A DNA stretch of 63,065 nucleotides, counting the filler, from Octopus bimaculoides (Eukaryota): assembly GCF_001194135.2 (NCBI RefSeq). It is 6 parts of 6 records of this genome, joined end to end, with 100 filler letters (N's around TTAATTAATTAA, not from the genome) between each part and the next. Parts side by side here need not be neighbours in the genome. Positions count along the whole stretch, not along the records: positions 40,542 to 54,376 come from NC_068999.1; 5 more parts are not named here. The stretch is one strand, 5' to 3'. Numbering within the stretch: the stretch's first letter is position 1; the number at the start of each line of letters is the position of its first letter. The translations under genes and the position numbers were made by a program. Below, piece after piece: positions 40,442 through 51,873 of the stretch. Under the pieces are notes generated by a model. The model ran no database searches. It worked only from the letters and a program-made list of their open reading frames with translations, and was not told the origin of the DNA.

Positions 40442-41417
40442 NNNNNNNNNNNNNNNNNNNNNNNNNNNNNNNNNNNNNNNNNNNNTTAATTAATTAANNN
40501 NNNNNNNNNNNNNNNNNNNNNNNNNNNNNNNNNNNNNNNNNATTGTCGACTGTTAAACATCATGGTCATGGGAACAGTACATTGAACAATGCCGCACGGT
40601 GGGGTACGACTTACAGCTACGCAGACTGAGCCATTAGAAAGTAAACCATATTAAATGTCCACTCTGCTGTCCACACTCCAAATGACCACCACCATTGCTA
40701 CATCCAATTGTATTAATGTTACCAATGCGGCGACGGCGGCGGCGGTGGTGGTGGTGGTGGTGGTGGTGGTGGTGGTGATGATGACGACGATGATGCTGAA
40801 ACTGTCATCATTGTCGATGATGTTTAGCCCTAGGTCACCTCTGATCAAACTGACTCATTTACAGTCAAAAACGTGCCAATGGAGACCATCCCGCCTTTCA
40901 CGTATCAGGCATAGTCTATCTAGGACCCCGCCCCTCATCCAGCATGTCCTGCTCCACCCAATCGGCAGATTTGGGGTACTTTGATAATGTTTATGGCAGC
41001 AAGGATGATCTTACGGAGGACTTGCTGACGTCACCAGCTGACGCGGAATCAGGATGTTGCTGGATTGCAACCGCCCTTGGAGGGGGGGGGGACAGAGGCG
41101 AAGACAGCAACAACAACAACAACAACAACAATAGCAACGAGAACGATGATTAATGAATAATGAATCATTTCAACGCTTTATTCATTGATCATCGATTGAC
41201 GAACACGGATTGGATATATATGAGTAAATGTTGCATGTGTGTATGTGTGTGTGTGTGTATGTACGCCCATGTATACCCTGTCGTATTTGTGCACCTTGAA
41301 AAATGTACGAAGTACACGAGTGCACACGCACAAGCAAACACACAATATATACACATAGGACATATTGAGGCAATGATGCAGAGTAGCACAATTAGGCTTC
41401 ACACACACATACATTTC

Positions 41418-41477
<60 letters not shown>

Positions 41478-41989
41478 GGTTTTACTGCCTGTCTGCGTTA
41501 TGTACAAGTATACACANNNNNNNNNNNNNNNNNNNNNNNNNNNNNNNNNNNNNNNNNNNNNNNNNNNNNNNNNNNNNNNNNNNNNNNNNNNNNNNNNNNN
41601 NNNNNNNNNNNNNNNNNNNNNNNNNNNNNNNNNNNNNNNNNNNNNNNNNNNNNNNNNNNNNNNNNNNNNNNNNNNNNNNNNNNNNNNNNNNNNNNNNNNN
41701 NNNNNNNNNNNNNNNNCAATACCAATTAAACATTACTACTTGAGACACACTACATCAACCATCACACACTCACGCACACACATACACACACCGGTTCAGG
41801 CTGAAAGCATTTCATTATTCATAAACATTTGGTATTTTCAAATATCAATCCTAAAACGCAGTTTTTCCTTTTTCGTTACGAAGAAATAAAAAAAGCCATC
41901 CACTGTGATTCGCCACCAATTTCATCGCCTCGTCTTTTCCTGTTGTTTTCTATTATTATTGGCTGAGGGGCAGGAAACAAATACTTAGC

Positions 41990-42620
41990 GACATTTCTTC
42001 CAGCCATTCAGGTTCTGATTTCACATTCCTCTAGGGTCAACTTTGCTTTTCATTCTTTCTGGGTCAAAAGAATAAGTACCAGCCAGTAGTGGGGTCGGCG
42101 TGATCGATTTGTCCCCTCAAAACTGCTGACCTAGGGGCCAAGGTTCAAAAGGCGGCAAGCAAGCGGAATCGGAAGCGCATCTGACAAAATGCTTTGCACT
42201 AATTTTTCCTCACTCTTTGCCTTCTGAGTTCACATCATGCTGAGGTCAGTTTCACTTTTTATCCTTTCGGGGTCAATAAAATAAGTACCAGTTGAACAAT
42301 GGGGTAGATGTAATCAACTGAGCCCTTCCTTCAAGTTTTAGGCTCTGGGCCTAGAGTAGAAGCAGTTATTACTGGCCGTAGTGTGGGTGACTGATACATA
42401 GTAACGTATCTTCTAACTCTCCAAGTTCCCTGTTCAAATACTGCCGAGGTCGACTTTGTTTTGCATCCTTTCGGACTTGAAAAAATAAAGTACCAGACAA
42501 GTGTGAGAAAATAAAGTACCAGACAAGTGTGAGAAAATAAAGTACCAGACAAGTGTGAGAGCCGCTGATATCGACTTACAATCTCTCCTCAAAGCTATTG
42601 GCCTTGTGACTAAATTAGAA
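41990..42620 (+). mobile_element. Cluster of SINE family B fragments
   Basis: Repeated gaggtc(a/g)actttg...ttcggggtc...aataagtaccag modules. Confidence 0.75.
42482..42559 (+). repeat. Perfect 26-bp x3 tandem repeat inside a SINE
   Basis: AAAATAAAGTACCAGACAAGTGTGAG at 42482, 42508 and 42534. Confidence 0.95.
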
Positions 42621-42839
42621 ACACTTAATGGAGTTAATTTTGGAACTCTTACATCCAATAACCTCAGGACCCAGTCATTGGTGGACCACAGAAAAATGCC
42701 GGAAGATCTCTAAAGGGAATACTTGTATAAACAAGAGAATTAGATAAATATTAAAAAATAGCACAAAAAATATACAAAACCCACCTACAACAATTACACA
42801 AACCACACAAAAATTACATGATATGAGCAACTCATTGTC

Positions 42840-43045
42840 TTGTATTTATCTTTTAAGTTCTACTATTTTAGTCATTGGACTGCGGCCACGCTGGGGAACC
42901 ACCACGAAAAGTTTAGTCCAACAAATTTACCCCCAGCACTTATCTTTAAGTGTGGTATCTATTGTATCGATCCCTTATGATGGATCGCTAAGTCATGGGG
43001 ATGTCAGCAAAACAACTCCCGTCCTCAAGCGGTGGTTACGACAGT
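42840..43045 (-). mobile_element. SINE family A, 3' portion
   Basis: gtcattggactgcggccacgctggggaaccacc...caaaacaactcccgtcctcaagcggtgg. Confidence 0.7.
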
Positions 43046-43568
43046 AGTAGTAGTAGTAGTAGTAGTAGTAGCGTCTGACAGGTGGGCAAAACCTGTCGCA
43101 TGAAAAAGATAAGATCAGTTATCTGTTTGTATAATCGTGACATGCTTCGTCGGTTTCGAATGCCTTCTGGTTACATGAAACCGATTGCAGCAGGTTGCAT
43201 GCTCGAACCATCGCTGACTAAACAGGCAACGCCACCGAGCCTGTGAGGCGAGTAGGGTGGTTTTGGGACACCCTTCTGGGATGAAAAACAAGACCTGTCA
43301 AAGGCCCAATGAACTCGCAAGGATCAACGGATTGTATGCGGTCAAATCATTAGACTAGAATTCTTCAAAGCGATGTCCCAGCAAGGCTGCAGTCTAATGT
43401 GTGTGTGTGTGTGTGCATGTGCATGTAAGCTTGTATGAATGTACGTCTGTAAAATATATATTTGTATGTATTTTGCGACTAATATATATATATATATATA
43501 TATATANNNNNNNNNNNNNNNNNNNNNNNNNNNNNNNNNNNNNNNNNNNNNNNNNNNNNNNNNNNNNN

Positions 43569-43617
<49 letters not shown>

Positions 43618-43764
43618 ATGTGCGTATATATATATATAACGTGAGTGAGCGTGCGTGTCTGCATCACAATATAGACGTACATATGGATATGCGTTGGTTA
43701 ATCTCTTGATCTCTCTTATACATTGTTCCACTTTCTTGCTCTCTCATTCACGCCCACCCCTCAC

Positions 43765-43804
<40 letters not shown>

Positions 43805-44477
43805 ATCCACCTCTCTATGTTTTCCATCGTCTGCCCCATTGTCATGTCACGTCCTGCTCCTCCTAGCCGATCGTATTACCCACAAAATACCACGCCGTCT
43901 TCTGGGATTACTATCTAAACAAACATCCATTGAACAACTTAACCATCAAACCTCTCTGTTCGACAGACTCGCCATGCATCTTCCCTTCATATCTTCGCAT
44001 TGTTTATTGGTTTTCGTATATTTTCATGTCAATGTGGACAACTCCATACATGTCTACAAACATAGGATGTGCTTGTTGGTTACGAGGCAACACTTATCTC
44101 GCCAACCAGATAAACTATTCGATACTTCTTGAAATAGAATTAAATATATTGATTTATTATTAATACGTTAGTTGACAGGTAAATCGTTGTTCTAATTCGA
44201 TTAGCTTTTGATCACGTCGTTGCTTAACTTCATTGATAAATTCACGTCTCGTCAAAGCGTAACATTTACTCTTTAATCTTTATTCTTTTTGCTGATGTAG
44301 TGGTTTCAGTAATTTGACCGCGGTCATGCTGGAGCACCGCCTTTTGGAGTCGGGTTAGTTAGTCGGAAAAAAATCGGACACAGAACTTATAATTATTAGT
44401 ACAGGACTTAAGTAAGAGGAGACAAAGTAAAACCGTTTATTATGCAGGAGGACACAAAAGCACTCAGACAGAATTAT

Positions 44478-44700
44478 ATTGTCTTTGTACACCATTTCCG
44501 TGTTAGTACAGACACTCCTTGTTCTTTTGTCACAGACTGTGACCTTATCAACCGTAATATGTTTCTTGTACACTTTTACCGTGTCTGTACACACTCCTTG
44601 TATTTCCTCGCCAACCGTGACCTTATCTGTGATGTTACTCTTCTCGTACGCCGCCATCGTACTCGTATACACCTCTTGCTCTTTCGTCACAAGCTTCGGG
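44478..44700. repeat. Diverged ~78-81-bp tandem repeat, about 3 units
   Basis: Units begin ttgtacacc..., ttgtacact..., tcgtacgcc...; they share acactccttgt / acacctcttgc and gtgaccttatc. Confidence 0.75.
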
Positions 44701-44789
44701 AGACGTGAAATAAATCGTTTCTAACGCTGGAGTTCAAAATAGATAAAGCCGTAAATAATAACATGGCAATATTTTGATTAAAATAAACA

Positions 44790-45010
44790 ACGCAGGCGGG
44801 GCTCTGTGGTAAAGAAGCTTGCTTCCCAATCACTTGGTTCGGGGTTCAGTCCCACTGCATGGCACCTTGGGCAAGTGTCTTCTACTATAGCCTCCGAACA
44901 ACCAAAGACTAAGTACTAAGATTACAAAGAATAAGTCCTGGGGTCGATTTGTTCGACTAAAGGTGGTACTCCAGCATGGCCGCAGTCAAATGACTGAAAC
45001 AGTAAAAGAG
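44790..45010 (+). mobile_element. SINE family A with internal deletion
   Basis: ggctctgtggtaaagaagcttgcttcccaatcacttggttcggggttcagtcccactgc head joined to the gtactccagcatggccgcagtcaaatgactgaaac tail. Confidence 0.85.
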
Positions 45011-45039
45011 TAACGCGCAATTCTCGTTGGTAAAGTGCA

Positions 45040-45440
45040 AAGCTTCTAAATGGATGGAGAAGTTAGAAAGATTGCTTTGGTACAATGGTAAAACACCTGC
45101 CATGTTAACAGGAGACATATGTTCGAGTCCCACAGGAAAACATCGACTTTTTCGAGCCAAGGGGTTTCTCTTTNNNNNNNNNNNNNNNNNNNNNNNNNNN
45201 NNNNNNNNNNNNNNNNNNNNNNNNNNNNNNNNNNNNAAACAATTTAATTCACGTTTCTCGAACTTGCTAAATTTTAATGTCGTAAACAATGTCAATCTTG
45301 GGTAAAGAGAAACCCCTTGGCTCGAAAAAGGCGAAGGCTGCTTGTGGGACTCGAACATACATTTCCTGTTAACATGGCAGAAGTTTTACCATTGTACCAA
45401 AGCAATCGTTCTAATTTCTCCCTCCCTTTAGAAGCTTTAC
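45040..45440. repeat. Convergent inverted pair of ~135-bp tRNA-like elements
   Basis: 45044-45173 (+) and 45305-45436 (-), each with A-box TGGTACAATGG and B-box GTTCGAGTCC; the spacer includes 63 N. Confidence 0.8.
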
Positions 45441-47274
45441 TCTTCGCCTGGTCCTCCGTCGGTTACGGCGACGAGTGTTCCAGTTGATCCAATCAACGGA
45501 ACAAACTGCTCGTAAAATCAATACCAGAATCAGCCACAAGACATTGGTCGGTCCGAAGCTATTGGTTAGAAGTCACTTACTTATATTGCTGCGCAGTGGA
45601 ATTGAAACCATAACCACGTGGTTGCAAAATGAAATATATTTATACACCACACAAACAACTTCTCAGCAAGTATTGTAGAAAGATAATAATTTCCAAGATG
45701 TTTTACAAAAAAATCGCATCTTCCCACAATACGGTATTTACATTGGCTTTTGCGCCTCGCGTTTTTCTGTTGCTAAATAAATTTCTTTCTAAATAGAAAA
45801 CATATTTATATTTCAGTACATTTCATTAAACATTATCTAAACAGGATTTAACTAGTCTGGTGGGTGTATATATTATATATATATATTATAAATTATATTT
45901 ATATTATCAGATTAAATAACATTACGATTGTACTAATCCACTTTTATTTTCATTATGTTTTTCTTAACAATTACTGGGTAATTCTGATATTTTTTTTAAG
46001 TATTGAAAAATTATTTCTTCTGCCTGGATTATCTTTTTTAAGCCACTCATGACCTAACCGTGCATAATGCTTTAACTTGTGTCAATCTTCTTCAATAAAT
46101 CTGGGGTTCAAATCTTTCTTTTTTTCCCTTGTTTTACATACTTGACTCACACGTTATTTTATTGACTCCGAAAAGATGAAAAGTGAAGTAGACCTCGACG
46201 GGATTTGAACTCAGAATGCAATAAAATAGTAGAAAAAGCGCACGGCATTTTTTCCGACGCCCTAACGTTTCTACTAACTCGCTGCTTTAATGGCTTCTAA
46301 GTTAGGCAGAAGGCCAGCAATTTTGAGGGGAAGATTCATTCGGGCAAGAACGTACTGCCCTTTGTAACACACCTCTGCCATGACTTCACAGTTTTCTCTG
46401 AGCCTGTCTTCTCCGGAGATATTTCATGGTACATCATAATAACCAAACTCGTTTTATTGTTATAAATAATTTCGTTGTGTTTTTTCCCCTTGCCAAAGTT
46501 TAAAAATTTGCCATGTTTGTTATCATCATCATCAGCAGCAGCAGCAGCAGCAGAAGCAGCAGCATTGTAGTTATTATCATTATTATAACTATTATTGTTA
46601 TTCTAATAAAAAGAACAAGTACAGTAAAAACAAGAAGGGGATGTAGAGCAGGAGAGGGAGGAGAGAGAGGAGGAAGAAAAAGAGGACAGCAGGAGTAGAA
46701 GCAGGTGGAGGAGGAGGGGTGCTGGACAAAGGTGAAGTGTATGCGGTGGTGGGATCGATGATGGTGACGATGCTGCTGATGGTGTAGGGCTGGGGGATGA
46801 TGATGATGACGACGACGACGACGACGATAACCATGCTTAAGTTCCACATCCGGCTTACAAATTTATTTATGCACACACAAGCACATGCACATACACACAC
46901 AAACACAAATTCATCTTTCTATATATGTGTGTATGTGCGCGTATGTATATAATATGTAAATATATACAGGAAGCGAAACTTAAAATGATGAATACCATAA
47001 TTATATTATTATGTAATTATATACATCAATATATATACATATGCACGTACATACACATATGAACATATAAACGCACACACACATATATGTAAATACACAT
47101 AAAGATATATACGTGTGTGTATGTATGTATGTATGTATATGACGTCATAAGAATTTGGAAATTTTCAATGAGAACGTGGAATAATTTTGGGGGGAACTGG
47201 ATCTCAAAGTACATATAAAGGCATGTAGATATTTATAGCTTTATATACACTTCGAGATCGAATTCCTTAAAAAG

Positions 47275-47326
<52 letters not shown>

Positions 47327-47333
47327 GTGTGTA

Positions 47334-47360
47334 CAGGCATACCTCGTTTTACATAACCCC
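47334..47360 (+). mobile_element. Tigger/pogo-type TIR preceded by TA
   Basis: TA|CAGGCATACCTCGTTTTA matches the Tigger1-type terminus CAGGCATACCTCG; no matching right end found. Confidence 0.6.
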
Positions 47361-47412
47361 TTATTTACGAAACCTCATCTTTATGATTTGTAGATGAAAA
47401 ACGAAAAACTTG

Positions 47413-47426
47413 GTTACCATGGCAAC
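47413..47426. promoter_or_regulatory. RFX X-box consensus match (function unproven)
   Basis: GTTACCATGGCAAC fits GTTRCCATGGYAAC exactly, but it probably lies inside a transposon remnant. Confidence 0.25.
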
Positions 47427-47769
47427 GAGCTGACCCTCGTATAATTCCTACGAGTGGTTGCCATATTAGAAAACCAAATACTGCGTTATTAGCCTTGACC
47501 GATCCTCTCGTTTAAGCGCTTGAGGCAAACAAAAAAAAAACTTACACGTAAATCACAGCGTACGAGAATCGTCAGTCATGAGCACTGAAATTCCAGTATC
47601 ACATGATTTCAGTCCACCGTGAGTCGTCAGTGAGAGGCATCCGTTCACCGCATGTCAGTCAGATCTCGCTGCTACGATATATGCAATGTCATCGTCTTGT
47701 CCAGATTCTGATATCGCAAATAGCCAGTAGGCTTTATTAAAAATTAATTATTAGCAACGGAAGGAGTAA

Positions 47770-47895
47770 TAATACCAAAAGATAATCTTTATACCAACTT
47801 AACAAGGATGCCTTAGTAGAACACCGAATACTCCGTTATTAGCGTTGACATGACATCCACGTTAAGTTGGATATAAAGATTACTTTCTGGTATTA
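47770..47895. repeat. Small MITE-like hairpin with ~41-bp imperfect inverted arms
   Basis: taataccaaaagataatctttataccaacttaacaaggatg versus catccacgttaagttggatataaagattactttctggtatta. Confidence 0.75.
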
Positions 47896-47990
47896 GAACT
47901 GTTCCCATCGCTCATAATTAATCTATGTCTCTATTTATTTACCTGTGTATATAAATGCTGTTAGATACGGAGCAGCAAACCACACACACA

Positions 47991-48051
<61 letters not shown>

Positions 48052-48886
48052 NNNNNNNNNNNNNNNNNNNNNNNNNNNNNNNNNNNNNNNNNNNNNNNNN
48101 NNNNNNNNNNNNNNNNNNNNNNNNNNNNNNNNNNNNNNNNNNNNNNNNNNNNNNNNNNNNNNNNNNNNNNNNNNNNNNNNNNNNNNNNNNNNNNNNNNNN
48201 NNNNNNNNNNNNNNNNNNNNNNNNNNNNNNNNNNNNNNNNNNNNNNNNNNNNNNNNNNNNNNNNNNNNNNNNNNNNNNNNNNNNNNNNNNNNNNNNNNNN
48301 NNNNNNNNNNNNNNNNNNNNNNNNNNNNNNNNNNNNNNNNNNNNNNNNNNNNNNNNNNNNNNNNNNNNNNNNNNNNNNNNNNNNNNNNNNNNNNNNNNNN
48401 NNNNNNNNNNNNNNNNNNNNNNNNNNNNNNNNNNNNNNNNNNNNNNNNNNNNNNNNNNNNNNNNNNNNNNNNNNNNNNNNNNNNNNNNNNNNNNNNNNNN
48501 NNNNNNNNNNNNNNNNNNNNNNNNNNNNNNNNNNNNNNNNNNNNNNNNNNNNNNNNNNNNNNNNNNNNNNNNNNNNNNNNNNNNNNNNNNNNNNNCTCTC
48601 TCTCTCTCTCTCTCTCTCCCTCTCTCTCTCTCTTCCTCGTATAGAAATTCGTTGTTCAATATTTGGGTTGTTGCGTGTTTTCTACAATGCGCTCGCGCAC
48701 GCGTGTCTCTGTGAGTACACACACAAACACACATGCACACACACAAGCACGTTCACATACACACACACGTACACACATGTGCACACGCACATGCTCACAC
48801 ACGCACAAGCACACACACACACATACACACACGCATACAAATAAGAAAACCAGACGAATGAGTTATCTGCTATTGTCATAACAGTT

Positions 48887-48954
<68 letters not shown>

Positions 48955-48959
48955 AAAAT

Positions 48960-49705
48960 AACACCTATCCCGATGCAGAAGCAATACCTGAAAAGCGGAA
49001 GTTGAGAAACGGAAGATTTCATCCGAAGAATGAAATGGCGGGATTATTTCTTTGACATGAAAGAGCAACAGAATAACGTAAACGAGTATGAACTTAAATC
49101 TTCTAAAAACTCGCCACCTATTTTAGAATTAGAAGCTTCTGAAAATGATCTTTACGAACTCATTAGAAGGATAAAATTCCGTAAAATCAGCAATTCGCTC
49201 CAGAGAACTATGAACGAAAGATATTAGAAACATAAAGAATCCTAATAAGATTTTCGTGAACTCCAACAAAACAAAAAAAAAAACCTTTATGCTATCGAAA
49301 AAGATCTTTACGAACGACTTTTTTCTAATAGCATTACAGACACAGATAAAAAAAAAAAAGCTAACACTGATTTAAATAAAGAGGTGAATATGGAAGGAAG
49401 AAGGACCCCTAATAATCTTAAAGCTAGTGATAGGATAGAATACCTTCTCCCACGACAACCTTTTATTATCATTAAGGACCACAAAGCCAACTTTGGTAGA
49501 AACCCTAAATGTAGATTAAACAACCCAGCTGAAACAGAAATAGGTATTATTAGCAGAAATATCTTAGATTCTACTTTAAACGAGTTAAATAGAGAATTAG
49601 ATTTATAGATTTGAGGCAAACGTAAGCCAGTTATAGATTGGTTCGAGTGAATTAGCCATAAATGTAACTGCAAATGTACGCAGTTCGATATTCGAATTAG
49701 AGCTA
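48960..49705 (+). mobile_element. Penelope-like element, decayed N-terminus and start of RT
   Basis: YELKSSKNSPPILELEASENDLYELIRRIKFRKISNSLQ, then EYLLPRQPFIIIKDHKANFGRNPKCRLNNPAETEIGIISRNILD...VIDWFE*ISHKCNCKCTQFDI. The KDHK..F...P.CRL.NP...EIG.IS..ILD and WF...K....QFDI patterns are PLE-RT features; the fragment ends at a (GT)n array. Confidence 0.8.
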
Positions 49706-49760
<55 letters not shown>

Positions 49761-50315
49761 AGTAGATACTTGCAAGCAGTGAGATCCAGCACCTGAAAGG
49801 ACGTGGTTGCGAGACGAAACACGAACTTACTAACCACCACACATGTGTGTGGCTGCTGNNNNNNNNNNNNNNNNNNNNNNNNNNNNNNNNNNNNNNNNNN
49901 NNNNNNNNNNNNNNNNNNNNNNNNNNNNNNNNNNNNNNNNNNNNNNNNNNNNNNNNNNNNNNNNNNNNNNNNNNNNNNNNNNNNNNNNNNNNNNNNNNNN
50001 NNNNNNNNNNNNNNNNNNNNNNNNNNNNNNNNNNNNNNNNNNNNNNNNNNNNNNNNNNNNNNNNNNNNNNNNNNNNNNNNNNNNNNNNNNNNNNNNNNNN
50101 NNNNNNNNNNNNNNNNNNNNNNNNNNNNNNNNNNNNNNNNNNNNNNNNNNNNNNNNNNNNNNNNNNNNNNNNNNNNNNNNNNNNNNNNNNNNNNNNNNNN
50201 NNNNNNNNNNNNNNNNNNNNNNNNNNNNNNNNNNNNNNNNNNNNNNNNNNNNNNNNNNNNNNNNNNNNNNNNNNNNNNNNNNNNNNNNNNNNNNNNNNNN
50301 NNNNNNNNNNNNNNN

Positions 50316-50351
<36 letters not shown>

Positions 50352-50479
50352 GTGTGTATGCACTCTTCTGTTTTTAATTATTTAAATTCTTCTTCCGAAG
50401 AAGGAACTGGTTTCTAACAAAGATACAAAGCTCTATTCTTTGGAGTATAAATAATAAAAACGATGTTTAACTTCTAAAG

Positions 50480-50830
50480 GTCTTGCGTATTTTTACTGTT
50501 CCGCTTACAGATTGTATTTGTAATGTGCACGTTAGTTTGTCGATCTGAAAACCTCAGTTTATTCAGATTGTCACTTTAGCGTTTATTCACAAAACCAAGT
50601 GTCCTCATTCGTATAGATGTAAATTTACAATCTGGATATAACAGCTGCAGGTTTGCAAACAGTTCTCTGTTTTCATTCTCAGTTTTGGCCATCCAACTGC
50701 TTTCTAGCGGGGTTGTGAGGGAAAGCATCTTGTTTCGTTCATCATTTTTTAAATCTTTTCAACGTCTTGCAGATCTTTATCGTCCCAGACATCATGATCA
50801 TTTGTAACTGAATTTAAGGAGTTGCTCTAC
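50480..50830 (-). mobile_element. RLE-type non-LTR retrotransposon, decayed C-terminus (copy 2)
   Basis: RELFANLQLLYPDCKFTSIRMRTLGFVNKR*SDNLNKLRFS resembles the L..NLQ.LYP.Y.F..I..GALG.V RLE tail. Confidence 0.5.
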
Positions 50831-50879
50831 CCCATATGAACCCAAGTTTCGCCATATTCAGCTACTGGCGGATTGGTAA

Positions 50880-51720
50880 ATATCTTGTTGCTACAATAAT
50901 AATAGGCATGAAAATATAAATACAACTTGCGTAGTGGATTTGCAAACCCCTTATCAGTGGCTCTGATATATTTGTCTTCTATTTTTTTAAACCACATTGA
51001 TGCTCAGAGGGCAACTGATTTCCGCTACAGAACATATCTTGTCCTTATGGCCCCACACAATATCTGACTGGTTGTGTTTTAACTTGGTGTGTTTTTAAGC
51101 ACCATTAATATTCTTTTGACTCATCGCTCTCGTTTGACTCATCGATCTCAAAATTATCTAGACTCATCGCTCTCAATATTCTTTTGACTCATCGCTCTCA
51201 ATATTCTTTTGACTCATCGTTCTCAATTTCTTTCGACTCGACTCATCGCTCTCAATATTCTTTCGACTCATCGGTCGCAATATTCTTTCGACTCATCGCT
51301 CTCAATATTCTTTCGACTCATGACTCTCAATATTCTTTCGACTCATCGCTCTCAATATTCTTTCGACTCATCGGTTGGCCTTTTATCTTCCGTTATCCTC
51401 TTCCAGACTCTTCTGCTACCCGCATCATGCTTCATGAGAAGATAATATCTGCGAGTCATTCTCTCGCTGCTGGCAAGAATGTGGTTAATGTCTTCAGTCT
51501 TGGTTTTGCACAGTTTTCATGTGTTGTCTGTGTGTCAATGTTTCCTGCCTTAGTTGAAGGAAGAGATTGCCGGTTCCTGAATTGCATGGAGGCAGCCTTC
51601 AAAGTGGGATGCCATAAACTTGTCAAGACTCCATACATAACCAATTACTTCTACAACTGACGTCTTTCGTGTGTCAATGCATTGCGACCATGTTTTTCGT
51701 TTTGTACTGATAAACAGAAT
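50880..51720 (-). mobile_element. RLE-type non-LTR retrotransposon fragment (CCHC knuckle plus endonuclease) interrupted by a minisatellite
   Basis: KLCKTKTEDINHILASSERMTRRYYLLMKHD (decayed CCHC..RHD), then KLKHNQSDIVWGHKDKICSVAEISCPLSINVV...PLIRGLQI...MPIII (decayed PD..D/E..K endonuclease). Confidence 0.7.
51117..51374. repeat. ~25-bp minisatellite, about 10 imperfect units
   Basis: Consensus GACTCATCGCTCTCAATATTCTTTC. Confidence 0.9.
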
Positions 51721-51821
51721 TTGCTAATGCTCCTTGCGGAGAGATCCGTATCGGTTCTTACTTCATGCTTCTGCTAAAGTGCATTAGTTATCCATGGATG
51801 GACGAATGGATGGATGGGTGG

Positions 51822-51873
<52 letters not shown>

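Noticed and set aside
42482-42559. CRISPR-like appearance of the 26-bp repeats (also the 51.1-51.4 kb array)
   Set aside because: No unique spacers, eukaryotic context and no cas genes; these are plain tandem repeats.
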